Position numbers and translations under genes: made by a program. 64,000 nucleotides of DNA from an uncultured archaeon. GTDB lineage: Archaea; Asgardarchaeota; Thorarchaeia; Thorarchaeales; Thorarchaeaceae. This document shows, piece after piece, positions 29,693-38,095 of the stretch; within the stretch, counting starts at the first letter, position 1; every line of letters begins with the position of its first letter. Location of the stretch: positions 32,001 to 96,000 of the forward strand of contig CAYWJO010000003.1 in assembly GCA_964458565.1 (NCBI GenBank). Reading direction: 5' to 3'. The notes under the pieces were generated by a model, which saw nothing but the letters and a program-made list of their open reading frames with translations, ran no database searches and had not been told where the DNA came from.

Positions 29693-31870
29693 CTATCTTC
29701 CGCCTCCGGACACACAGGCACTATGACATGCACTGTGACAAGCAGAGTGACATACGCAAGCACTATGGCATGCACTATGGCAAGCTGAATGGCAAGCATC
29801 GTGTGATACACAGGCACTATGACATGCATCATGGGATACACATCTACTTGTTCCTTCGATGATTGGTTTCAAAGGTTCACTGATAATCTGACCTACTCCA
29901 TTTACTACATCACCAATAGTGTTGGTAACATTGCCAATAATCTGGGATGTAGTAGAGGCTATGTCACCGACGGCACGACCAACACCATCCACGGCATGGC
30001 CTGTTGCAGTGGAAAGATCCTGAAACCACTGTGGAATCTGGGGCGTACCGAAAGATGGTCCAGGGTCTCTAAAGACCCGACCGATATCACGATCATGCCT
30101 TGGGTGCATATAGATCCAATACCAAGCCCACCCATATGTACGATATGGTCTGGTGAAGTAGTACTCTGTGCGACCGTCAACAGTGGGATTGGATGCCAAT
30201 TCGTCCCATGCACCATCAACCATCTCTTCATGATGTTCTTTGGTTGCCTCGAAATCAGCATCCCAGGATTTCTCTTGCACCTTATTGGCTATCTCTTCAA
30301 TCATGTCTTCAAGTAATTCTGGGTCTAGTTCATCGTCCTTTATTGCATCAACAAGCAGTTGCTCATAGTATGTGAGTTCTTCAAGTTTGATTCCGGTATC
30401 TGAAAGTTTCAAGGGATCAGTAGAGATGACCCGTACAGTACCTTTTTTCACACAGGACATGAGTATCATAGAAACTAATTTTTGTCTGCTCGTGTTCACG
30501 AAAAATGCAGATTCAACGGGGTCTAAATCTGCAACTGTACCTGGAGTCCCGTAAGTTTCAATCCCAATCTCAGGACTTGTATATCCTGTCGTTGTATCGG
30601 TTTTTTCCCATTTTGCACCATATGGATTGACTACACGTTTGTAGGTGGTATAAATCAATGCGAGTAACAGACTCCCACCGATTCCAAAGACAATGAGGAG
30701 AGTCAAAGTATCAGCATCAATCAGAGGTGGAATGAACTCAGTCACATAAATATCGACAGTAAAACCGATCCAATCACTGAAATTGAGATTCGAAGCGGAG
30801 ATGACAACTCCAATTGGGATTATCTCAGGTACATTTGCTGGAAGAATCATGAATTCCAATTCTCTTGACTCTCCTGCGATTAAATCACCGATGTTTGTTG
30901 GATCAGAACCAGAAAGGAGTGTAAGGTTCTCTGGAATAGTCAGGTCTACAACAACATCTTCAAGGGTATCATCTCCAAAATTGAAGACATTGAATGATAG
31001 TATGAATTCTTCATCTGCATATGCATTGATTTGATAGCTTGAAATTGAATATCCGATAACGCCAGGTTCAATGAAAGGTGCGTAAAATGTCCAATTAGTG
31101 TAATGCCAAACACGAAAGTGGTCGTACGCGTCAAGGGAATTATGTGCGAGAACAACTGTGAAGTATCGAGGACTTGCTCCGGAATTGAAGGGATAGGCGA
31201 GTAATTCTTCATAATCGTATTCAACTTGTACAGTGTGTGGTTGATTCCAGATGCCTCTCTCTGTGTCTTCAACATATCCAGCGTATGCTGCACCTGAAGC
31301 ATTTATACCATGGTCGAGTGAAATCCATGAGGGATCCATCTCAATTGGATAGATTACTTGAACCTGCTCATAATCAATAGGGTGATCCCATTCAACAGGA
31401 GCCCAATTGAAGACTCCCAAATCACCATAAGTTGTACTTGTTGTTTTCACTATTATCCGTTCTGTGCTGAAGTATCCGAATACTACCTGAACAGTATCAC
31501 CGGTTTGCGCCCTATCGGGGTCATCCATAACATAAGGCTCAGACCAATCTAGGTAAAACCCACCGCCGTATGGATCGCGATCCAGAGTTTTACGGTTTCC
31601 ATCAACGATTGCATATGCTCTACTCGTATCATATTGGTAATTCTCCTGAATACCCTCGATAAAGAGACCTCCCATTGAACCACTCGTTACGGTAAGTGTA
31701 ATCCAATATGTGACATTGATTCGACCATTTGGCATGACGACAACGTCAACATACACACTTTCAAGATCATATGCAAGATCCTGACTCAGAACAGGATTAG
31801 CATATGTACACGGAATCAATGTCAAGAGAAAGACGAACGCAATTACAGTTTTCATGTGTAGATATCTCAT
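29693..31870 (-). CDS. DUF2207-like single-pass membrane protein with Ig-like domain and C-terminal Cys/His repeat; candidate radical-SAM substrate
   Basis: Signal peptide; YDLESVYVDVVVMPNGRINVTY; CARDB-like domain; TM; LDPVESA..SCVKKG..LTYYEQLL; tail CVSHDACHSA...CVSGGGR. Confidence 0.75.
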   Translation of the reverse strand: MRYLHMKTVIAFVFLLTLIPCTYANPVLSQDLAYDLESVYVDVVVMPNGRINVTYWITLTVTSGSMGGLFIEGIQENYQYDTSRAYAIVDGNRKTLDRDPYGGGFYLDWSEPYVMDDPDRAQTGDTVQVVFGYFSTERIIVKTTSTTYGDLGVFNWAPVEWDHPIDYEQVQVIYPIEMDPSWISLDHGINASGAAYAGYVEDTERGIWNQPHTVQVEYDYEELLAYPFNSGASPRYFTVVLAHNSLDAYDHFRVWHYTNWTFYAPFIEPGVIGYSISSYQINAYADEEFILSFNVFNFGDDTLEDVVVDLTIPENLTLLSGSDPTNIGDLIAGESRELEFMILPANVPEIIPIGVVISASNLNFSDWIGFTVDIYVTEFIPPLIDADTLTLLIVFGIGGSLLLALIYTTYKRVVNPYGAKWEKTDTTTGYTSPEIGIETYGTPGTVADLDPVESAFFVNTSRQKLVSMILMSCVKKGTVRVISTDPLKLSDTGIKLEELTYYEQLLVDAIKDDELDPELLEDMIEEIANKVQEKSWDADFEATKEHHEEMVDGAWDELASNPTVDGRTEYYFTRPYRTYGWAWYWIYMHPRHDRDIGRVFRDPGPSFGTPQIPQWFQDLSTATGHAVDGVGRAVGDIASTTSQIIGNVTNTIGDVVNGVGQIISEPLKPIIEGTSRCVSHDACHSACVSHDACHSACHSACHSACVCHSACHSACHSACVSGGGR
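29696..29842 (-). repeat. Coding repeat: 7x CHSA and 2x CVSHDA (11 Cys, 9 His in 49 aa)
   Basis: Read directly from the translation; units use varied synonymous codons. Confidence 0.95.
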
Positions 31871-31937
31871 TACTTCACTCCCTATCTATATCACATCATT
31901 CTGTAGATAAGAATCTCAGATGATATGGCTTGATTGC

Positions 31938-32333
31938 TTAATCACCACGTCTTGCTCTCAGAATGTCAGCCTGTGCAATTGTCAAATTAGATAGGTCGGC
32001 TTTAGCCTCAGCCCAATCTACAAGATCAGGAAATTCTTGAATCATCCCACCCCAAATGAGATGATAGACACGCTTCAGAATTGTTCGAGGGTCGGATTCT
32101 TTGCCAACGTATTCGAAGAAACATTTGATTGAAGCGGGAGACTGATCAGTCATCTGTTCTGGGATTTCTGTTCCAAATCCAGCAAATGCTACTTCTAATT
32201 CTTTAAGAACGTCCATGCGTTCACGTATACCTGATGCTATGACAGGCAAATCAATATCATACGCAGAGAAACTCATTACGAGCTTCTTGTCAGTGATTTT
32301 TCCAAAAGGTAGAGTAAGTTCTCCTGTGCTCAT
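31938..32333 (-). CDS. Hypothetical protein
   Basis: Likely ATG at 32333 after GAGG; lies between the repeat-tail gene and the radical SAM gene. Confidence 0.7.
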   Translation of the reverse strand: MSTGELTLPFGKITDKKLVMSFSAYDIDLPVIASGIRERMDVLKELEVAFAGFGTEIPEQMTDQSPASIKCFFEYVGKESDPRTILKRVYHLIWGGMIQEFPDLVDWAEAKADLSNLTIAQADILRARRGD

Positions 32334-32445
32334 GTTATCTCGCCTCAAGATTATGCTATCAATTTCTTCTCCTGTTGATTGATAAGCCTTTCAGGTGGTG
32401 TAATAACAAATACTAATCCTTAAGACATCAGGTCGAAAACACAGA

Positions 32446-33873
32446 ATGACGATGTATCCTCTAAATTACGACTATACATTAGACGATCTTAAGTGGATAC
32501 CAAAATTTATTGAAGAAGTCAAAGACTACTTCTTTGCTCGACCTGAAGACAACCTTCTCATTTTACGTCCGAACAAAGTCATGCATCTTAATGAAACCGG
32601 AATGAGGATGCTAAAGTTATTACTGGATGGTAATTCTCTAGAGGCTGTTGTCGATTATTTCATCAAAAACCACCGAGCCGACCAGCAAACTGTTCTCAAT
32701 GACATTGCTGCGTTTGTTAATGATTTGAGAAACATGGTTTCAGGAAATCAAAATATCTATTCATATCAAACAGCCAAAATTATGCCCTTTGGTGAGAAAC
32801 CAATAAATTACCCAGTTTTGAGTGAAATCGCTTTGACTTATCGATGCAACAACAAATGCCGATTTTGCTATGCATACTCACCATATCGGGAATCCAATGA
32901 GATGAGTACTGAACAGGTCAAGAGAATCATCGATATCATTGTTGATGATGCGCATGTTCCTAGTCTCTCGTTTACCGGAGGTGAGCCCACTCTCAGGCAT
33001 GATCTTTTTGAACTGATAGAATATGGTCGTTCCAAGGGATTGCGAGTCAACCTGATAACCAATGGACGTAAATGTAGTGATTCGAATTATATACAGCGTT
33101 TGGTCGATGCAGGGTTGAACAGTGCCCAAGTCTCAATTGAAGGGCCTGATGCTCTTACACATGATGCAATAGTAGAGATACCTGGTGCATTTGACCAAAC
33201 GGTTCAAGGTATTAGGAATCTTCGACAAACCGACATCTATACGCATTGTAACACTACAATTTGTAAACCAAATGTCGATAAACTTGAAGAACTAGTTGAT
33301 TTTCACGCAGATGAGCTTGGATTATCATACTTCAGTATGAACATGGTCATCTACACAGGAACTGCTGCTAAGCTGCGAGATGAAATGGAAATAACCTTCT
33401 CGGAAATTGGAAGCATTGTAAGACGAGTAAAGAAACGAGCTAATAAGAAGGGGATCCAATTTGTATGGTACGCCCCAACACCAACATGTCTATTCAATCC
33501 CATAGCACATGGACTTGGAGCAAAACAGTGTGCAGCCTGTGATGGACTCTTATCTGTTGATGCAGAAGGCGGTCTCCTCCCGTGTTCTTCATTTAGCGAA
33601 CCCGTAGGAAATCTACTAGAAGAAGGATTTGAAAAAGTTTGGAACAACAGAGCTGCTAAATTCTGGAGAAGTAAATCATATGCACCAGAAGGATGCCAGC
33701 AGTGCAAAGAATTCGATTACTGCTACGGAGCTTGTCCGTTATACTGGGATGTTCATGGATTTGATGAGATTAAAAGTTACTGGCCTGAAAAGAGTCGAGT
33801 TGTATCAAAAATTGATCAAATGCGGCTAAATCTTCGAAGAAGAATCAAAGGTGATCAACACGGGATTACTTAG
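32446..33873 (+). CDS. PqqD/RRE-radical SAM-SPASM peptide maturase
   Basis: N-terminal RRE-like LNETG..LKLLLDG.SL..VV..F..DIAAFVNDL; CNNKCRFC; FTGGEP; SPASM cysteines CAAC..LLPC..CQQC..YCYGACP. Confidence 0.9.
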   Translation: MTMYPLNYDYTLDDLKWIPKFIEEVKDYFFARPEDNLLILRPNKVMHLNETGMRMLKLLLDGNSLEAVVDYFIKNHRADQQTVLNDIAAFVNDLRNMVSGNQNIYSYQTAKIMPFGEKPINYPVLSEIALTYRCNNKCRFCYAYSPYRESNEMSTEQVKRIIDIIVDDAHVPSLSFTGGEPTLRHDLFELIEYGRSKGLRVNLITNGRKCSDSNYIQRLVDAGLNSAQVSIEGPDALTHDAIVEIPGAFDQTVQGIRNLRQTDIYTHCNTTICKPNVDKLEELVDFHADELGLSYFSMNMVIYTGTAAKLRDEMEITFSEIGSIVRRVKKRANKKGIQFVWYAPTPTCLFNPIAHGLGAKQCAACDGLLSVDAEGGLLPCSSFSEPVGNLLEEGFEKVWNNRAAKFWRSKSYAPEGCQQCKEFDYCYGACPLYWDVHGFDEIKSYWPEKSRVVSKIDQMRLNLRRRIKGDQHGIT

Positions 33874-33918
33874 TAGCATCATGTGAAACTTAATATCACA
33901 AACCAATATTCCAACTCT

Positions 33919-35058
33919 ATGCAATTTTCTGACCTTATCACTCCTACTGCTGTTATTGACTTTTCAAGACTTCTAACTAACATTGAAAGAATGGCAGCAC
34001 GAGCAGAATCCTTTGGAGTTGGGTTAAGACCTCACATAAAAACTCACAAATGTCCAAGAATTGCGACTCTACAAACAGGCAAAGGCACGAACGGAATATT
34101 AACGTCAACCATCGGAGAAACAATTGCATTTGTAGGTAGCGGTTTCAGGGATATTATTTATGCAACTCCAATAACACCTGATAAGGTACCTGCAGCAGTG
34201 GAACTCAGCACTAAATCTAAACTGAGAGTCCTGGTTGACAATGAGATGATTTTACATCATCTTGAGAGAGAGTGCAAATCGAAGAAGCAAGAGATTGAGG
34301 TCCTGATTAAGATTGACTGTAATTATCATCGATCTGGAGTAAATCCCAATCATCCATCATCTTTGGAACTAGCAAAATCAATTCGGGATTGCAATCACAT
34401 TGCATATGCAGGAGTATTAACACACGCGGGTCATGCATACAATGCGAGGTCTGCTGAAGAAGTAGGTGCGATAGCTGAAGAGGAACAAGATGCAGTCCTT
34501 CAATTTGTAGAAAAGTTGGAGGGAAATGATATTGAGAGCGAAATTGTGAGCATAGGCTCTACTCCGACAGTTATGAACACAAATGGATTCAAAAAAGGGA
34601 TAACTGAGATTGGACCCGGCAACTATGTCTTCTTTGATTACACACAAGTAGCACTCGAGTCTTGTTCAGTTAATGATTGCGCGCTCTCGGTTTTTGCAAA
34701 GGTTGTAAGCTCATATTCTGATAGAATCATAGTTGATGCCGGAGCAACAGCTCTATCAAAAGACAACGGACCAACGCACATAGATCTGGATTGTGGATAC
34801 GGAAAAGTCTTCTCGGATTACCAAATGGGCGAACTTGCTGAGGACACCAAGATTACATCACTCTCCCAAGAACTTGGAAAAATTGAGATTGGACCTGATT
34901 CACCATTAAGGGGAAAAAGACCTGGTGACTACATCAGGATACTACCCAATCACAGTTGTCTGGTGTCGAACTTATTTGACAAGTTCTTCATTTCAAGTGA
35001 TGAAACAATCACTGATCAATGGTCCATCAATTGGGACAGGTTTTCGACAATCCTTTAA
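33919..35058 (+). CDS. Fold-type III PLP enzyme (D-threonine aldolase / D-serine dehydratase-like)
   Basis: RPHIKTHK, HAGHAY, SIGSTPT, GNYVFFD, PNHSC; likely ATG at 33919. Confidence 0.85.
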   Translation: MQFSDLITPTAVIDFSRLLTNIERMAARAESFGVGLRPHIKTHKCPRIATLQTGKGTNGILTSTIGETIAFVGSGFRDIIYATPITPDKVPAAVELSTKSKLRVLVDNEMILHHLERECKSKKQEIEVLIKIDCNYHRSGVNPNHPSSLELAKSIRDCNHIAYAGVLTHAGHAYNARSAEEVGAIAEEEQDAVLQFVEKLEGNDIESEIVSIGSTPTVMNTNGFKKGITEIGPGNYVFFDYTQVALESCSVNDCALSVFAKVVSSYSDRIIVDAGATALSKDNGPTHIDLDCGYGKVFSDYQMGELAEDTKITSLSQELGKIEIGPDSPLRGKRPGDYIRILPNHSCLVSNLFDKFFISSDETITDQWSINWDRFSTIL

Positions 35059-35066
35059 TCATTAGA

Positions 35067-35813
35067 TTAAGGGGCTCTCAGACGATTTGTGATGAGATGT
35101 CCACAATAGGGACAAGTCTCTTCTTCACCAGGCAAAACTGGATTATCGAGCTTTCCTCCGCAATTCGGACATGAGGTTACAGCTTTCGTCAGCTGTTCAA
35201 CAGCCTCTTTCGTATAGATGACCTTTGAGTTCTCATCAATTACACCTCTGAATCGTCCTTCTCGAGAAAGCTCCTTCATAGCATCTACAATCTGTTCTTC
35301 ATTCGCTTCGGTGACCTTGCTGATTTGTTCAAAGGTCATGCGTCTCTGTGCTAACAATAGATGCAATAGACTTTCTTTCAATGTCACAGCACGAGGACTA
35401 ACGATTTCATAGGCACTGCGATCTAAGTAAACCAATGGGAATTGACGAGTCGCAAGTTTTTCTGCTGCGTCAGCTACAGACTCTGAATCTACTCCTAGTT
35501 CTCTAGCCGCGTCGTCTACGCTAATTCGTCCCTCCTTTTGCACAAGGGGAATCAAATCACCAGCAATATCACCAACACGCGCTTCCTTACCACCAGAAGA
35601 TATCAACCAAAGTGCAATTGCGATTTCAGGCAATGCTAGAAGACCCCAAGAAATAATTCCAGAAGTGATTAATGTGGTTGTATCACCACCAACATTCATT
35701 GTGGCCTGATACACAATATATGACATTGCTATTCCAACAATGAATAGAAAGACTCCAATTAGCTGCTTCAAACGTCCGCTCAATAGGCTTGACTCCATCA
35801 AAATTAGGTACAA
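35067..35813 (-). CDS. Membrane protein with wHTH/PCI-like domains and C-terminal Zn ribbon
   Basis: Two N-terminal TMs; LSREGRFRGVIDENSKVIY is PCI-like; CPNC...CPYC. Confidence 0.65.
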   Translation of the reverse strand: MYLILMESSLLSGRLKQLIGVFLFIVGIAMSYIVYQATMNVGGDTTTLITSGIISWGLLALPEIAIALWLISSGGKEARVGDIAGDLIPLVQKEGRISVDDAARELGVDSESVADAAEKLATRQFPLVYLDRSAYEIVSPRAVTLKESLLHLLLAQRRMTFEQISKVTEANEEQIVDAMKELSREGRFRGVIDENSKVIYTKEAVEQLTKAVTSCPNCGGKLDNPVLPGEEETCPYCGHLITNRLRAP

Positions 35814-35962
35814 AAATCCAATTATAGCTTGTGCAGGAACGAGAAATTCCTAAAATTCATCAAAAAATGGGCTCATTTACTCAAGGGTCTAAACGACAGA
35901 ATGAATTATATATAGAGACGTTCCAAAACGAAATACAGACCCATAAGGACGTGAAAGACTCA

Positions 35963-36379
35963 TTGTCAATAGATCGAGAAGGGGCGACGAGTGCGATAAT
36001 CCTACATTTCGAATCGGGAAAAGCTGTTGAATTTCCAACAGAGTTCGTGACAGACATAGGCGAAAAGGCTGCTCTGACAATATTACACCACAAGGATCGG
36101 GTAGTAAAACTTTTCCCTGTAACGAGTGATGATATATATCTTCTAAGGATAGAGATTAGCGACCTATCACGTAATTTCCTGAAGCAGCTCAACTTCGCGT
36201 TCAATGATGCCAAACTATCTGACATCATCTTCACAACTGGTGTCTGTCTTCGTGGCGAACGCTGTTATTATGAGTGCTACTTCGTACCTGATCAGCTAGT
36301 GATAGCTCTGAAAGAACTAGAAGAGAGTCTGAAGAAAATTAATGGCGTATCGAGAGTTGTCCTCAAGAAAGTTGAGTAA
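35963..36379 (+). CDS. Small protein with putative C-terminal ACT-like domain (paralogue 1)
   Basis: TTG start at 35963 gives 138 aa, the same length as paralogue 2; ends LKKINGVSRVVL. Confidence 0.7.
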   Translation: MSIDREGATSAIILHFESGKAVEFPTEFVTDIGEKAALTILHHKDRVVKLFPVTSDDIYLLRIEISDLSRNFLKQLNFAFNDAKLSDIIFTTGVCLRGERCYYECYFVPDQLVIALKELEESLKKINGVSRVVLKKVE

Positions 36380-36483
36380 CAACTCTGGTTTCCCTATTTC
36401 GAATGGGCATGTACTCTAGCACAGAAGAGTTTATAGTGCATTTACGAATATTATTGAGATGTATATTTCAGGAAGTGTGATGC

Positions 36484-36900
36484 TTGACAACAGATAGAGA
36501 TGGCGCAACAAGCGCGACAATCATGAATTTTGTACCTGGAAAACCAACTGAATTCCCACCCCAGTTTGTGTCAGAATTTGGAGATAAAGAAGGATTGATG
36601 ATATATCATCACAAGGATAGAGTTGTCAAAATATTTCCGATTCACACAGATGATGTCTATCTTCTTCGTGTTGAGATTAGCGACCTATCACGTAATTTCC
36701 TAAAGCAGCTCAACTTCGCGTTCAATGATGCCAAACTATCTGACATCATCTTCACAACCGGTGTTTGCCTTCGTGGAGAACGTTGTTATTATGAGTGTTA
36801 CTTTGTACCTGATCAATTAGCTGTTTCTCTGAAAGAACTAGAAGGTAGCTTGACAAAGATTAGCGGCGTATCGAGAGTTGTCCTTCGAAAGGTAGAATGA
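36484..36900 (+). CDS. Small protein with putative C-terminal ACT-like domain (paralogue 2)
   Basis: C-terminal half nearly identical to paralogue 1, including TGVCLRGERCYYECYF. Confidence 0.75.
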   Translation: MTTDRDGATSATIMNFVPGKPTEFPPQFVSEFGDKEGLMIYHHKDRVVKIFPIHTDDVYLLRVEISDLSRNFLKQLNFAFNDAKLSDIIFTTGVCLRGERCYYECYFVPDQLAVSLKELEGSLTKISGVSRVVLRKVE

Positions 36901-36972
36901 AATCCTCATTCCATAGCAATTTTACCAAAAAATAGGGAAATATTCTAAATAGTGAATCCACTTAATTTTATG

Positions 36973-37011
36973 AAAAAAAGGCCCTCAGAACGATATTGCA
37001 TATTCTGAGGG
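36973..37011 (-). terminator. Hairpin plus T-tract ending the RIO operon
   Basis: CCCTCAGAA...TTCTGAGGG 9-bp stem followed by T7 on the minus strand. Confidence 0.65.
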
Positions 37012-37118
37012 TTAGGAGTATTCACAATGGAAATCCATCCATTGATAGACAATTGATTATATTTCAAATCACATATTCTTTGTAATATTTTCACGCTCCT
37101 TTTGTAGTCAAATGGTGA

Positions 37119-37262
37119 TTAAGCGCCTAATCTGAGACCAAGCGCTTCGTACTCACCATAGAGGAACTCTGTAAGTTCCTTACTGTGTTTCATGTTTCTC
37201 TGCAATTTCTCCTTCTTTATACAACATTTTGTCCTTTCAATCTCTTTAGCTGTTTTTATCAC
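37119..37262 (-). CDS. Small 47-aa ORF coupled to RIO kinase 2 (absent from the ORF track)
   Basis: GGAGGTGA RBS, GTGA start/stop overlap; MIKTAKEIERTKCCIKKEKLQRNMKHSKELTEFLYGEYEALGLRLGA. Confidence 0.55.
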   Translation of the reverse strand: MIKTAKEIERTKCCIKKEKLQRNMKHSKELTEFLYGEYEALGLRLGA

Positions 37263-38095
37263 AGCAGTTCACCTCCTTCCCGCATCATCTCGCGGTAGTG
37301 TTTCTTATTCGCAGGAATGTACTCAGACAGAAACACATCAACGATGTGTTCTGAATCGCGGTACACCCCATATTCTTCAAAATATCCCAAGACATTCTGA
37401 ATATCTCGTCTTAGCAGTGCTTCAACCATAGGCATATCAGAAAATGGGCCAACCTCATATGCTTGAGGGACGTCAATAATCCAAGGTCGCTCCTGCCACC
37501 AGAGGATATTGTATCTACTCAAGTCCCCGTGTACGTAGTGTGCATCTCTGTACATGATGAGGTAATCATCTAGAATCTGATCAAGAACTTTCTCTGGTTC
37601 CTCAAGTTTTACGTCTTTCAACTGAGGAGCTGGTATAGTACCATCACCTATGAACCGCATCGTTAGCATATTTGCAACACGACCAATAGGTGTTGGTGAG
37701 TGCATGCCAACCTTGAAACAATTCATTAGAATGTCATATTCAGCCATTGCTAGGTCCTCCATCATGTTTAGAACACAATAAGTCCGCTTGCTTGATGCTT
37801 GGGTCATGTATCCTTTCTTCTTTGAGAGCTGGTGTGAGGACTGATAGAGTCTATACACTTTCAAGATGATAGGATGATTCCTCCAAGTAGCGAGAAAGAT
37901 TGAAGCTTCTTTTCCTGAACTCATCTGGTATAGTACATCAGTTGCAAGCCCGAATGTTACTGCATCCTCCTTTACGGAATCGAATGTGATTTCTTGAATG
38001 ACAGATCCTTTGGTGGTTGAATCACTCTTTAGTGTCTTGACCTTACGTGACACTGACCCACCTTTCTGTGGTTGGAACTTCTCCACTCTACTCAT
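37259..38095 (-). CDS. RIO1-family atypical Ser/Thr kinase (copy 2)
   Basis: SGKEASIF, HGDLSRYNIL, IIDVPQ; likely ATG at 38095 after GGGAGG. Confidence 0.9.
   Translation of the reverse strand: MSRVEKFQPQKGGSVSRKVKTLKSDSTTKGSVIQEITFDSVKEDAVTFGLATDVLYQMSSGKEASIFLATWRNHPIILKVYRLYQSSHQLSKKKGYMTQASSKRTYCVLNMMEDLAMAEYDILMNCFKVGMHSPTPIGRVANMLTMRFIGDGTIPAPQLKDVKLEEPEKVLDQILDDYLIMYRDAHYVHGDLSRYNILWWQERPWIIDVPQAYEVGPFSDMPMVEALLRRDIQNVLGYFEEYGVYRDSEHIVDVFLSEYIPANKKHYREMMREGGELL

Noticed and set aside
29696-29842. Cys/His repeat as a CRISPR array, DNA tandem repeat or multiheme cytochrome
   Set aside because: No constant repeat-spacer structure; DNA units vary synonymously; spacing is CxxxCH, not the canonical CxxCH, and the tail is predicted cytoplasmic
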